Both the position numbers and the translations under genes were made by a program. From Octopus vulgaris (taxonomy: Eukaryota), in NCBI GenBank assembly GCA_951406725.2, contig OX597819.1, forward strand, positions 57,102,001 to 57,166,000: a stretch of DNA of 64,000 nt, given 5' to 3'. Each line of letters opens with the position of its first letter. Positions within the stretch are counted from its first letter, which is position 1. Positions 40,696 through 54,307 of this stretch are shown here, one piece after another. The notes under the pieces were generated by a model that was given only the letters and a program-made list of their open reading frames with translations, was not told the origin of the DNA and made no database searches.

Positions 40696-40925
40696 GGAGG
40701 CGCAATGGCCCAGTGGTTAGGGCAGCGGACTAACGGTAGGAGGATCGCAGTTTCGATTCCCAGACCGGGCGTTGTGTGTATTTATTCAGCGAAAACACCT
40801 ACGTTCTACGTTCTGAGTTCAAATTCCGCTGAGATAGATTTTACTTTTCATCCTTTCGAGATCGATACCACTGAAACACCGGGGTCGATTACATCGATTA
40901 CTTGTGCCTTTAGTAAAAATGATTA
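40696..40925 (+). mobile_element. Chimeric SINE: distinct tRNA head joined to a family-1 body
   Basis: A-box TGGCCCAGTGG, B-box GTTTCGATTCC, then CTACGTTCTGAGTTCAAATTCCGC...TTTCATCCTTTCG as in 1506-1560. Confidence 0.75.
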
Positions 40926-41007
40926 TCTAACTCCTCCTCTTGTTCCTCCCCACCTCCTCATCATCACTATCGTCGTCGCCGTCGTCGTTATGAAAATGAT
41001 CCCCATC

Positions 41008-41030
41008 TTTATTATCATTGTTATTATTGC

Positions 41031-41097
<67 letters not shown>

Positions 41098-41591
41098 GAG
41101 TGAGAGAGCAGTACATACCTATCAAAGTGACACTTGAGTAAAATATACGAAGCCCAGTATACCCATCATGACTACCCGTCTGATAAGGGTGCACCAGGCA
41201 CATGCATTACAACCATATGTGCGCGACATGGTGATCTCATATCAAGATAAATAGCGCATGACCTTGCGGGTGGGGCCCAGTTAGAATTTTCTTCTGGTTG
41301 GGTAACCCATCCTACTCACAAGGTCCCTGATTAAGGGTTGTTTAAGGATGTTGAATGAAATACCCATGTTTCCAGATGTGAATTATTCAAACCCCAAAGA
41401 CTCCCTCTCAACACATGGCTATGATGCTTCCCCACTACTTCTACTCACGATCAAGAATGCACATACCATCATCCACTAAGTTACATGCTCAACTGGTTGA
41501 GGCCAAACGACTGACAAGCTAATCGGTGGTATTGAGCAAAATATTTGCTGTAGCCCATCTTTTATACAAGTCAAAACAATCATTATTATTA

Positions 41592-41656
<65 letters not shown>

Positions 41657-41772
41657 TAGTTTTATTTTTATAGCGTGCTTTCACTTCACTACCGACCGCA
41701 GCTCTGTGTGCCTTAGGTATGTGCTGTGATATGTTGTGATGCTCTGATGGTTATTGCATGGAATATTATTAC

Positions 41773-41815
<43 letters not shown>

Positions 41816-42201
41816 CTAATTACAATTATTATTGATGTTACTATTATCAATATTATTATCATCCATATTATGATTATTACCATTATCATAATCATCAGAG
41901 CTATTGTTATCTTTGTTGCCGATGTTGTTGTAGTTATAGTTAATATCCTTATTGTTGATCACCTTTGTTTATCAGTATTCACCATTCTATGCTGGCAATT
42001 ACAGCTTAGTAATACTGTCTATTGCCTGACCATTACTATTATTATAGCTTCTCAACTTTCACATTACTGTCGCCATTTTCCTATTTTTCTTTCATTTTCT
42101 ATCCTGCTTTCCTAGTTATCTTCATTATTTTTTAACATCATGTTATGATCTCCCACTTATTTTCTAAAGCTCATCGCAACACGTGCATTCATAGTTGTTG
42201 C

Positions 42202-42295
<94 letters not shown>

Positions 42296-42304
42296 ATTAT
42301 TATC

Positions 42305-42361
<57 letters not shown>

Positions 42362-42393
42362 TATTATTATTATTATTATCATTATTATTATTA

Positions 42394-42457
<64 letters not shown>

Positions 42458-42500
42458 CATTAATATTATTATTATTATCATCATCATTATTTTTATTATC
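41008..42500. repeat. Extended (ATT)n field interrupted by inserts at ~41098-41580 and ~41653-41763
   Basis: Directly visible. Confidence 0.9.
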
Positions 42501-43037
42501 CTCGTTGTTTTTTTTGTTTTTCCTGTTATGAATATTCTTTATTACCATTGTTAATCATTGTTTACCATTCTACGTTCGCAATTACTGATTAGCACTAACG
42601 CATTGTGAGTATATAACCGGATATATCCAGGCACATGTAACTATGTCAATATGTGTGTGTTTGTGTGTGTACGTGCGCGTGTGTGAGTGTACAAGAATAT
42701 AAGTGTGCATATAGAAATATAAGTAAAGGTGTTTACTTTTATGTAGTTTTATATCAATCTACGAATGTAAGGATGTCATTGGACAAGACAATGATGTTAT
42801 GATCTTCTGTACATATATATGATACATATAAATATAGATGTGTAATTATGTGAATGACTGTACTGGAGATGGGTGTAGATGCATTGGTGTGTACATTTTG
42901 AAATATATGTATAAATTTGTAGACTGGAATGTGTAATATCTCCTGTACGCTATTCAAAACACTATTGCCTACCCTACCTCTCTGTCTAAAACACAACTGA
43001 ATCTATCTCTTCACCTACCTATCGATATATATGTGTG

Positions 43038-43108
<71 letters not shown>

Positions 43109-43161
43109 GTGTATATATATATTCATATTTATATATATATGCATGTATATATGTATATACG

Positions 43162-43267
<106 letters not shown>

Positions 43268-43560
43268 GACCATGGGATGGCACCTAGAAAGTTACCCTCC
43301 CAGCCACAAGTCCGGGCATGGTTATATTATGGAAGTCTAGCAGTCGCCCATGCCTACCGGCCTCCCCTCTCCACGCCACCAGTGTTATCCACGGGAAAGG
43401 TGGCACCTGATACAGCTTGGCACCTGTGGCGTTGCAACTATTTCTACAGCTGAATGAACTGGAGCAACGTGAAATAAAGTGTCTTGCTCAAGAACACAAC
43501 ACGCAGCCCGGTCCGGGATTCGAACTCACAACCTCACGATCGTAAGCTCGACGCTCTAAC

Positions 43561-43562
<2 letters not shown>
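43268..43562 (-). mobile_element. tRNA(Arg)-like SINE embedded in (TA)n
   Basis: Sense GTGGTTAGAGCGTCGAGCTTACGATCGTGAGGTTGTGAGTTCGAATCCCGG (ACG at the anticodon position, B-box) followed by core TGTTCTTGAGCAAGACACTTTATTTCACGTTGCTCCAG. Confidence 0.85.
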
Positions 43563-43601
<39 letters not shown>

Positions 43602-44162
43602 GAGACACCGGTCCGTCGAAGGATAACTCATTTCATGAAGCTGAAAGTATAGGAGTAACGTGGAATTAATTGTTTTGTTTGTATGACTATACGTAATGAG
43701 TGTGTGTGTGTGTGTGTGTGAGTGAATTTGTGTGTGTCTGTGTATGTGTGTGTGTAAGTGTGTATGTCACTCAAATCCACTATTTACATTTGTTCTATTC
43801 CTCTTCTTTGTTTAAATGTTCGCCATTATCGTTTATTATTATCAACGTCTCTTATACTGAGCATTCACTGCTTACAGTCCTCTCCGCCCCAGCACTTTTA
43901 TCAGCCAAAACTCCCATCTCACTGACTCTCACCGATTGCTTCTCCTCTTACAATTACCACTCGTTATCCATTTACGTTGCTGCATTTCCCCGGCGTACGT
44001 TGTGTAAACATGTTTACACACGGCAATGTATACACATATCGATGCATATGTATATATATGGAGAGAGAAAGAGAGAGATAGGTAGATAGATATTTATATA
44101 TATGTACATATATATGTATATATATGTTTGTATTATGTATGTATGTGTGTATGTATACATAT

Positions 44163-44198
<36 letters not shown>

Positions 44199-45509
44199 CT
44201 CAATGTAACACATGTTTTGTTTATTTGTATGTTTAATGTTCAGGTATGCATTTCTTGCCACTAATTTTTTTTAAATCACATCCGTTTTTTTGTAACACCA
44301 ATAGTTATTTATATATTCCTAATTTCATATTTGCTTGTTATATTTGTAACTTTTCTCTACAGCACTTTGTTGGTTCAATCTATTCTAGTAGTTTAAGGAT
44401 AGTTACACAACATTTAGTACTTTTTCATATATTGAAAGGTATTTAGAAAGTATAATATTAGTTAGACCCAAAAGAAACAATACAACTCTGCACTGTAAAT
44501 GTCTTGATAACTATTTTCTTCAGATGAGAAGTAGTTTGACGATCGAGATTTTCTGGAGTGTATACCTTCATCTCTTCTGACTAGAGACCATATATAATCT
44601 CCCATTATAGTAGTATCCCATCGTCCTTGGTATCTTCTTTATAAAGTTGCAATGTCTTGATGAAATCTCTCACCATGCTCCTCACTAACATCATCCAAGT
44701 TTCCGGTGAAAGATCTAGTTAAGAGTGCAAAAAGTGAACCTGTGAGGACGTATGACCCAGATCCCTGATTAAATCATCTAGCTCACTCTGATTTGGTACG
44801 TGAGGCTCCGAAGTCGATCTTGGTACGAAACATTCCTCCATTTCTTGGTTGTTACTACTTGTTGCCTCTTCAGATGAAAGATTTTCTGGTAGTAGTGGTA
44901 CTCATAAACTGTTATCATGTGGGCAGGTGCACTAGATTATGGTATGTCTGGATACTGAAGAGCATGTCTACCTTTCACTATTCTGTACTTTGTCACATCG
45001 ATCATACAAAAGTAACAGTCATCTTGATGGTTCTTTGGCTCTCTCCATAACCTTGGAATGACAAAAGGCATTGACCTTCCTGTACCTCTTTAAAATCCTT
45101 CTAGAATCGATCGACAGCTTCCGCATATCACATGTGGAGCCCATGGTTTGTTCTGGTCACGCATGGGCATTCCGAAATAGAGTTTGTACGCTATCCACAA
45201 TTTGGCACCTTCCCCTATCATATGTAATACCTGCTTTTTTCCAATATAATAACAACACGTAGCAAAATGTATCAGGAGAATTTTTACATACTCTAATAGC
45301 CATCCTGAAAGTAGCAGAACTTAACAATTGGTCTGAAAGGGAAAAACTAGACATATATTTCGTAGCGGAACATTATAACAATACCGACAATATAATAATA
45401 TTGAAAGTCGACATATTTTATTAACTGTTAATGATAAACAAAAATTAATTTCATTTTTGGATTCAGCAGAAAACAGATTGATAAACAATAAAAAAAACAC
45501 TATGTTGTG
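44199..45509 (-). mobile_element. Internally deleted Chapaev-like (CMC) DNA transposon
   Basis: MAIRVCKNSPDTFCYV...AYKLYFGMPMRDQNKPWAPHVICGSC...MPFVIPRLWREPKNHQDDCYFC; QSELDDLIRDLG joined to VHFLHS*LD...DVSEEHGERFHQDI..RRYQGRWD..MGDYIWSL; termini resemble CACAACGTAAC. Superfamily assignment is from memory. Confidence 0.7.
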
Positions 45510-45637
45510 TCTGGGGAGAGTCATTCTCTTTTAGTGCCTTATTAATTAATACACTCACCGGTAACATTTCCACTTATTTCTTATTTTTATTTTCTAAAAT
45601 GTTCGTTGCGTCTTGTAACCTTCTCAATAGTCTTGAC

Positions 45638-45771
45638 TCTTTATAAAGTTGCAACGTCCTGATGAAATCTCTCACAATGCTCCTCTCTAACAACACCCAA
45701 GTTTTCGGTGAAAAATCTAGGTGAGAATAAAAAATACAATAAACAATTTTTTTTGAAATTGTTACGTTGTG
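45638..45771 (-). mobile_element. Second short fragment of the same transposon family with terminus GTTACGTTGTG
   Basis: 45638-45725 duplicates 44637-44725 (ERFHQD region) with substitutions. Confidence 0.7.
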
Positions 45772-45947
45772 TAATTATAAATTTTCTTTAGAAAAGCATA
45801 GAAAGCATGGAAGTGCTCGAGTCAAAGTCGAAACGCTAGACACGTACGAGTGATACAGAGAAGTTCAATTCAGGCATACTACGACTGGTGTGATAATATA
45901 CGGATTTAAAATGATAGAATTGTCTAAAACACATATTAATACATTCA

Positions 45948-46031
<84 letters not shown>

Positions 46032-46214
46032 TTATATACATATATGTGTGTGTGTGTATATTTATATTATAAATGTATTAGTATATGTTTTAGACAATTC
46101 TATCATTTTCAAATCTCTTCTAAGATTTTGGTGAAAATTTCAAAAATCTTTTCAAAGGAATTTCACGAAAATTTTGAAAAACTTTTCAAAGATTTTGGTG
46201 AAAAGTTTGAAAAC

Positions 46215-47540
46215 CTTGGTTTGCAAGGTAAGAAGAAATAAGAAAGGCTTCTTTTTTTCTGCAAGTTTAAAATGAGATATGCTGGCATAATTTCGTTACA
46301 TCTATCCTCCATAATCGACAGAAATACCCGAAGTAAAATGTCTCGACCTAGTCGAGCTATATCTAAGGAATGCCCGATGGCAGTCTTTCGATATAACTCG
46401 ACAAAATCAAAACACTGCACTTCGGGTATTTCCGTGGAAGCAAATAATATTTCGATTCTGTTTTCTGCTTGGAAAGTTGCGGATTGTATATACACAGAAG
46501 AAACAGGTAAGAACAAATATACAAGGCTTTTCTTCAAGTTTAGAATGTGACATTGCTGGCATAATTTCCTTATATCTATACTCCACAACCCACGGAAAGA
46601 AATTGTCGAGCTATATCGAAGGATTGCTCGATTGCATTCTTTCGATATAACTCGACAAAATATAAACACTTCACTTCAGATATTTCCGTTGAAGAAAATA
46701 ACAACTCGATTTTGCTTTCTGCTTGGAAGTTTGCAGATTTTATTTACACACGTTAAACAGGTAAGAACAAATATGCAAGGCTTTTGTCTTGAAGATTAAA
46801 ATGAGAGATTGCTGGCATAATTTCGTTATATCTATACTCTAAAACCCACGGTAGTAACTTGTCGAGCTATATCGAAGGAATTACCGATGGCATTTTTTCG
46901 ATATAACTCGACAAAATCAAAGCATTTCACTTCGGGTACTTCCGTGGAAGCAAATGATAATTCGATTCTGTTTTCTGCTTGGAAATTTTCGGATATTACA
47001 TACACACATGATACAGGTAAGAACAAATATGCAAGGCTTTTTTCCTTCAAGTTTAAAACGAGACATTGCTGGCATAATTTCGTTTCATCTATACTCCACA
47101 ACCCACGGAAATACCCGAAGTGAAATACCTCGACCTTGTCGAGCTATATCGAAGGAATGCACTTAGGCATTCTTTCGATAATTACAAGTAATTACTTATA
47201 ATTATATCTATATTCCACAACCCATGGAAATACTCGAAGTGAAATGTCTCGACCTCGTCGAGCTATATCGAAGGAATGCCCGATGGGATTCTTTCGATAT
47301 AACTCGACAAAATCAAAACATTTCACTTCGAGTATTTCCGTGGAAGCAAATGACAATTCGATTCTGTTTTCTGCTTGGAAATTTGCGGATTTTACATACA
47401 CACATGAAACATGTAAAAACAAATATGCAAGACTTTCTTACTTCAAGTTTAAAATCAGACAGTGCTGGCATAATTCGTTATATCTATACTCCACAACACA
47501 TGGAATTACCCGAAGTGAAATGTCTCGACCTTGTGGAGCA
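46215..47540. repeat. Tandem array, ~275-bp unit, ~5 copies, each with a long internal palindrome
   Basis: Marker GCTGGCATAATT at 46281, 46555, 46811, 47068 and 47464; inverted arms visible in each unit. Confidence 0.92.
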
Positions 47541-47899
47541 GCGGTGGAAATTTGAAAAAAAAAGGCATTCTTCCTTTTACAACTTGAAGTGTATTATAAA
47601 GCTATACCTCAAGAAATGAGTGTGAATGTTGGTCTAATAACAATAATAAAAACTTGGATAAGATAAACAATAAAGAGGCCTTAAAATATATACAATAAAA
47701 TCTGATTTTTAAGAACAGTCCCTATTTTCAGCCACATATATTCAATACAAATATAAATGGAGTTATCTAACATAAAAACAAAAATTTTAATATCATTTGT
47801 ATATCTTCACAATTTTTGCCTCAATGCAGTATGTGCAATTGTTACAATTTCTTATAGCATATGATATTCCTGTTACCACCATATTCAACATTTTTTATA

Positions 47900-48790
47900 A
47901 ACATAGAATCACTCAGGCTTTGAAACTTGATGGCAATAGAAACATTTGAGATCATGACAAGTGTACAACAGGGTGACATTCTTGCACATTTCGCATTTAT
48001 TATGACCTTGGACCACTCAATACAATTTCCAACAACTTTTGCTGGCTAAGATTGTTTCCATGCAGGTTTTCAAATATTGGACGTAATTATACAACTATTA
48101 TGCGTATGATATAGCTCTTCCTTCGAGCAATTTTATAGAAGCTCAGCTACATATTTCACGAAATAGAGAAGCTGAAAGATAGATCAAACTATTAACTGAA
48201 ATATCAATGAATTTCTGCTTTTCAATCAACCACTCTAACGCATATCACCAATGAATAAATGGCTTGGAATATCTGATGCTCTGAACTGAAAATCAAAGAG
48301 AGTATGTCAAATAAAAATTTCATTGGCATGGACAGCAGCTTACAAGATGTCTGCAATATGAGAGTCAGGTTTATCTTATGACATCAGCATACTATAGTCT
48401 ATGTTCTAGAGACCATATAACACGGACTTAAATGCTAGACACTGAGAAAATTAGACTACATAGAACACCAACCAAGCTGACAAAGAAGATTATTCAATTT
48501 TATGGGTAACATTTACTGAACAGTATGTTATATAGAAACATACGCTCACTAACTTAAAACATTTAACAATGCAGATTTAAATTTATGGAAGAATATGGGC
48601 GAAGAAAACAATGAATTCGTAAATCAAATATTATTCTGGGAAGCAGTACATAGTAAAAAGGGCAGATCTTGTAAATTGCATGCGCAACCAATGCTGGAAG
48701 GTACAACCCTTGAAAAATCTGAGTTGGAGAGATGATAGAGGACGGAGAAGCATGGAGGAGACTGATAAACGTTATTCAAATAAGTAGGAC
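47900..48790 (+). mobile_element. RTE-clade LINE RT/3' remnant
   Basis: FEIMTSVQQGDILAHFAFIMTLD (GVLQGDTLAPFLF), YAYDIAL (YADD), AWTAAYKMSAI, ILFWE..H..KGR, MIEDGEAWR. Confidence 0.8.
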
Positions 48791-48849
48791 ATGAAAATGA
48801 AGGTATCTACGTGTATTTATAAGCATCTGTCTCACTAGCTCTCGCTCTC

Positions 48850-48992
48850 TGTCTATCTATCTATCTATCTTTTTACCTATCATCTCTCTCTCTCTCTTTC
48901 TATCTATCTATCTATTTTATTTCTCTCTCCTCTTCTCCCTCTATGTATGCATTTATCTATCTATCTGTCTATTATCTCTAGCTATCTGTCTG

Positions 48993-49025
<33 letters not shown>

Positions 49026-49090
49026 TATCTCTCGCTCTCTGTCTGTCTCTTTATCTATCTACCCATCTATCCATCCATCTATCTATCTAT
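48850..49090. repeat. (CTAT)n/(CT)n microsatellite
   Basis: Directly visible. Confidence 0.93.
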
Positions 49091-50490
49091 GTGAGGGTGT
49101 GCATGCCTCTGTATATATATGTGCGCGAAGATATTTAGTTGGCGTCATGTTGATTAGATAACTGCATCATGGAACCCTATTTTCGTTTCACAGAGTTTTA
49201 TTAGCCAAATAAAAAACGCGTTCTCTCGTCTAGCGAAAATCTATGACCGAGGTGTTGAACTCTGTTGAAATGAATGATGGCATATATGTTTATGTCGAGA
49301 TAACATTTAGTATACTATCTTATATTTTTCCAGCGTAAATTTACAACGTAAAGTCAGATTAAAAATTATTGATCTTTTGAAGTCTAAAAATAATTTTCCA
49401 TCATAATGAGGGAATTTGTATTACATGAGTAAATACAAGGATTATATAAGTTGATAAAACTAAACTCATAAATATAAGAATCAAGAAATAAAATTCAACA
49501 TTTTCTCTAATCCCGCTACTCTCAAAGGTATCGTTAACAAATGGAAAATGAAAATAAGCAACAAAACAAGAAACAGTAGAACAATGGCTTTTATTATCGT
49601 AATGATTCAGATTACAATGAACAGAGCTTTCATTCTTCTGGTAATTCAGATAATGATTCACCGTTTGGCAAATGGACAAAAGATATTCCACCGACATAGA
49701 AAATATAGTGAACAATATACTATTTTTAAAATCTGGCATTAACAAGTAATTTTTACCTCGCTGGGCAACGTATTCTTTTAAATCCTAACACTGATTATGG
49801 ACACCTCGTGAACCGCAACTTGTGCGAAATTATACCAGAACTAATCTCATAAAATGCTATTTTAATGGGGGTAAGGGAAGATTTTGTTGCTTAATTAATT
49901 AATTAATTCCTCTGATTTGTCTTTGCGCAGCCACTTTTATATACTAATGGATGCAATATTCTGAGAGAGATTTTATCATCTAATGCTATCATTGTTCTTG
50001 GAGTTAATGACCTGTTCTCTTCCAAAACCCTCCCTACTCCTTCATCTATACTTTTGTTCTCTACATTTGATTGCTTTTGGATCTCCTTTCATCTGCTGCG
50101 ATTAACTAGTGAAGGAAATAAGAAAAACATCCTAGAAAAACAAAGCAGAAAGACAAGAGAGTTAATGCAAAAATTAATAGTTATGCAGCTAGCCCTTGTT
50201 ACAAATCAGTATTGTTCTTTGAGATTATTGCGATTACAATGCAGAATTCTTTCTAATCTGTTGGCAGGAATAACTCTTGTTCCTTTGCCCAGAATAGCAT
50301 ATGTTAAGTAGGCGTATGGATGTGTGCGTAAATCAGTGTATACGGTAGTTTTTGTGTACAATCGCCTTTATATATGAATGTGGTGTGTATATATATAGAG
50401 AGAGAGGGACGACCAGTATAGATGTACGTTTATGCTACTAGAAATGTACGCGCACGCTAGTATAGACGTGCGTATGTGCTCGCTTGTAAT

Positions 50491-50565
<75 letters not shown>

Positions 50566-51739
50566 TCTCATTTATGTTTGTACATGTACATGCAGAATAT
50601 ATTTCAGAGAACATATGCATGCATGTAAAGGTGTGTGTATGTGTGTGTGTGTAAATATGAAACATAATTGAGCCATGGAGGGAATGGTATTGCAAATTTA
50701 GCAATGCAAAGGAATGAATTTGAGAACATGATTAACTAGAAGATTATCGTTTTTGCTATAGCTTTTTGAAAATTATATTGATTTGCAACATTGGAACAAG
50801 GCCCAGCTTATGAGGGAGGCCATAATGATTAAGAGATAACAACACTTGAAAAGTACTTTATTTCATTGAATCATGAAGGATAGCAGCCTGGATCAACAAC
50901 AATGTGTGTTCAAAATATGAAGAGATGCAGGTAAAGGTTGAAAGAATATAGGTGGGTCTAATATATGTTCTACTCCGTAGCGTATGTATTAATTTCTAAT
51001 ATGAATATATAGCTTGTGACTGGTACTTTACTTTAACAATTCTGTAAAAGTAAATGATAAAATTTACGTCGGTCACATCAACACTCGGTGTTTAAAAGAT
51101 CGTAAGTATCCTCTTCAAGACATCTTACTCGATGTTATATAGGTTAAGAAGACGAAGCTCCTTCTAATAAAGTTTATATTATTTTATCTGTTAAGTCTTT
51201 CAGTCAAAGAACCCCGGCCATGCTGAAAAAATGTAATAGTAAAATTAATCATCTATGAGCAAATATCTTGGCGATAAATTATCCTTAATAAATTTTAAGA
51301 TTCTGCCGTCCCTTGACAAAATAAATGCTAGTGGAAACACGTCTTAACTGAATGAGTTAGGAACAGATTTGAATGAACTATGTAGCCATTGAGGTGAACA
51401 TTTTCACTATCACTTTAAGATACACCACATATATATAAAGTAAATAGTATTTGCCAACATAATGTGGAAGTCCTGGATGTTACTGTGGTTTAGCCCCAGG
51501 AAACGTCGTTTTACTCTCAATAAATTCTAGGTTATGTAATTGAAATTTTTCATCATTTATCACTAAACTTTCCCAACCATCCAAGCGCAACCTAGACAAC
51601 ACAGCTCACGGACGATGAGATCTCGAGAGCATGTTTTCTTGTTTAGCAAGCAGAAAAAAATAAATTGCTATGCTCTATTCGTATCAACAGAACAACACCA
51701 CACAACGAACTCAGGACAACAAGATTAGTTGAGCTTAGC

Positions 51740-52235
51740 TAGGATCCTCAAACTCACTACAAATGCTAGGCATCGCTACCACAGATGATCTCTCTCGGCA
51801 AGAGCACGCACTCAACATAGCGGGAGCCCTGTTTCGAAGATAGGCCCTTTTCGTGTACGCGGAAAGCCTACAGAAGATGGTGACATTCTAGAAAGCTCAA
51901 GTGAACCCACAACCGGGTACCTGCTGCTATGTACGCAGACATTCTGGACAACATATGATGATGTACTCGAATGGGGAACATTCAGTCCCTAGCTGAACTG
52001 GAATACATGCACTACTCAGTACCTCTCGAGACACCGCCACTCCCGCCATTACCACGTCAACGACTTACTCAAATCCTTGCTCACCAGAACATTGTCGTTC
52101 TGGAATTGTCCCACTGCTCACGATTTTCCTTCTGCGTCCGTCCTGTTATAACTTAATCGGACATTGTATGCCATCAATTTCGCCTGTCTTCGAGGGCCTG
52201 TAAAGATTGTAGACAAAGCAAATAAAACTGTTCCC
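51740..52235 (+). mobile_element. Very decayed Gypsy integrase C-terminal (GPY/F-like) remnant
   Basis: LSHCSRFSFCVRPV...SPVFEG-KIVDKANKT resembles L..C.HVF.R.D.V...L.P.YEGP.KV. Confidence 0.35.
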
Positions 52236-54098
52236 TAGCTTCTGTGTGTAAGAGGGATATGCATGAAGAGAAGGTGTACGTGTAGAATTAAAATGAATAT
52301 GACGCCTATTGCGCAATGTATATATATATTCATATTGATAGATTCACTATTGCGGATTTGAGTAAAAACTCACATGTAAGTTTTATTTATAATTTTTGCC
52401 AAAGTATATAGTGTGTTTGTGTTTATGTTAGTAAAATAGCTTTCGCTGGGGTAAATGCATTAATCTAAAATTGGCTGACAGAAACAGATTTTAATTACGG
52501 GTAGAACTGGTTTCAGTGAATCGAGATTTTAGTTATCGTATTTTATGATACCGATCTTAGAATACTGAAAGACAAAGATGATGGTTTGGAATTTAAGTTT
52601 GATACGCAAAGGAAAATATTTAAATACCGCAATGTATATTTATCTGACGCACTAACGTCTCTTCCCGTCTACCAACGTTATGTAAATACTTCCTCCTGGT
52701 ATAAATATGAACATCAGAGGAATCCATGCATGGAGCGTATGAGTGCCTGAATTTCGTGAATGTCATTGTATGGGTATGTACTTTGTTTAGTCTACTTTTA
52801 TTTTTATTTTTATGTGTATGTGATGTTAAATTGAATCTTACCGTATGGTGATTTCGCCGAATTTATTAACTTGCGTTCTTCTGTGTCAAAATCAGCAAAT
52901 AAATTAATATTTTAGTTAAGTACTTATGGATTTTGTTATTCCGGTTTGATAGCGGAATTAAGAAGGAAGCCATTATTCTATATAAATGAAGTTACTGCAA
53001 TATTTTATTGTCTGGGAGATGCAGGAATGGGAATACATATCTAAGAATCCAAGTATTTCGTGCCAAACGTCAATTTGATCACTTAATCACATTTGCTATT
53101 TACCATAATCCTAATTTTAGAATAATTATTTGCTTTAGTAAGATTCCAGAATCTATTTTGCCTTTGATGCAAATAATACTTGTTTCATTTGTTGTATTTG
53201 TTGCTTTGTTTTAGTCTTGTTTGCTAACAAATCAGACAAAACATTTCACTATCAAAATAGCAGTTTTTTTTTTTTAATGAAAATATTTGCAATTTGATTA
53301 GGAAGGAAGGCATTCATACGTATTAACGATTCATTTGCAATCTCTGGATAATGTTCATGATAGTAATGTTAAAAGTATGCCATTATTTGTTTTAAACTTT
53401 CTTCCAGTAATATTGATATAAAATTGTTTTCTATATGCCCTTTATAAACTTTTTTATATTTACATCAGTTTTTAGTCTCACCCGAAATAAAATGATTATC
53501 AATATGATAAAAAGAACAAGACAATTTAATTAAATCAGTAATAATTTAAGCTTTCATTTCACCAATTTAAAAAAATGTATATATTTTTCATAACAATGTG
53601 TTTATAAGATAAAATATACTGAATAAATGTCATACTGTCTTTTTTCTGCTTCACCTGAGCTATATGGGACCGGTAAATCGATAAAATATATCCGAACTAT
53701 GAAATAATTGATTCTCGCTTTCCTCGGCTCCAAATTTAGCATAGAATCGAAGTATGATCTTAGAGTATTGTAAATGATATCCAGTGATTTCTCTCGTAAT
53801 ACTTAAGCATTCGATATTATCTCATTCGAAGGGAGATGTTAGAGTGATATGACAAGGAACCATAGTGGCATATTTATAATCTATTGAATAACAGATTTTC
53901 ATATGTACTCAAAATATCTGTGATTTCATGTAAGTAGAGACACTGTGACATTCAGGCATTATCTTATGTTGGTAAAGTAACTTAAGCCTGGAAATTTAGA
54001 TAAATTGCAAATTAGGTTTAACAACATGCGTGTTGTATCAACACTACGCACATGCCATTCTTCTATAAAAATGTGTCTTTATGTTTGTCGGTATTATT

Positions 54099-54307
54099 AA
54101 GGCGGGAAGCTTGAGGAATCGTTAGCACGTCGGAATAAACGCTTAGCAGCAGTTCGCCTCTTTTAAATTTCTCAATTCAAATTCATCCAAGGTTGACTTT
54201 ACCTTACACCATTTCCGGATCGGTAAAATGAGAACCAGTTTATTATTGGGGTTACTCCTTCCCTCAAACTTTTACGCCTTGAGCCTATAGTGGAATAGAT
54301 TATTATT
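54099..54307 (+). mobile_element. Decayed family-1 SINE
   Basis: AAGGCGGGAAGCTTGAGGAATCGTTAGCACGTCGG...TTCAAATTC...AGGTTGACTTTACCTT...CCTTGAGCCTATAGTGG and (ATT)n tail. Confidence 0.75.

Noticed and set aside
43490-43562. tRNA-Arg gene (also tRNA-like heads at 1446, 10934, 40007, 40696)
   Set aside because: 5' acceptor stem missing or unpaired, and each runs straight into a SINE body
46215-47540. CRISPR-like array or repeat-protein gene (ORFs 46163-46669, 47224-47619 etc.)
   Set aside because: Whole units repeat with no unique spacers, no cas genes, eukaryotic context; frames are broken by non-triplet indels between units
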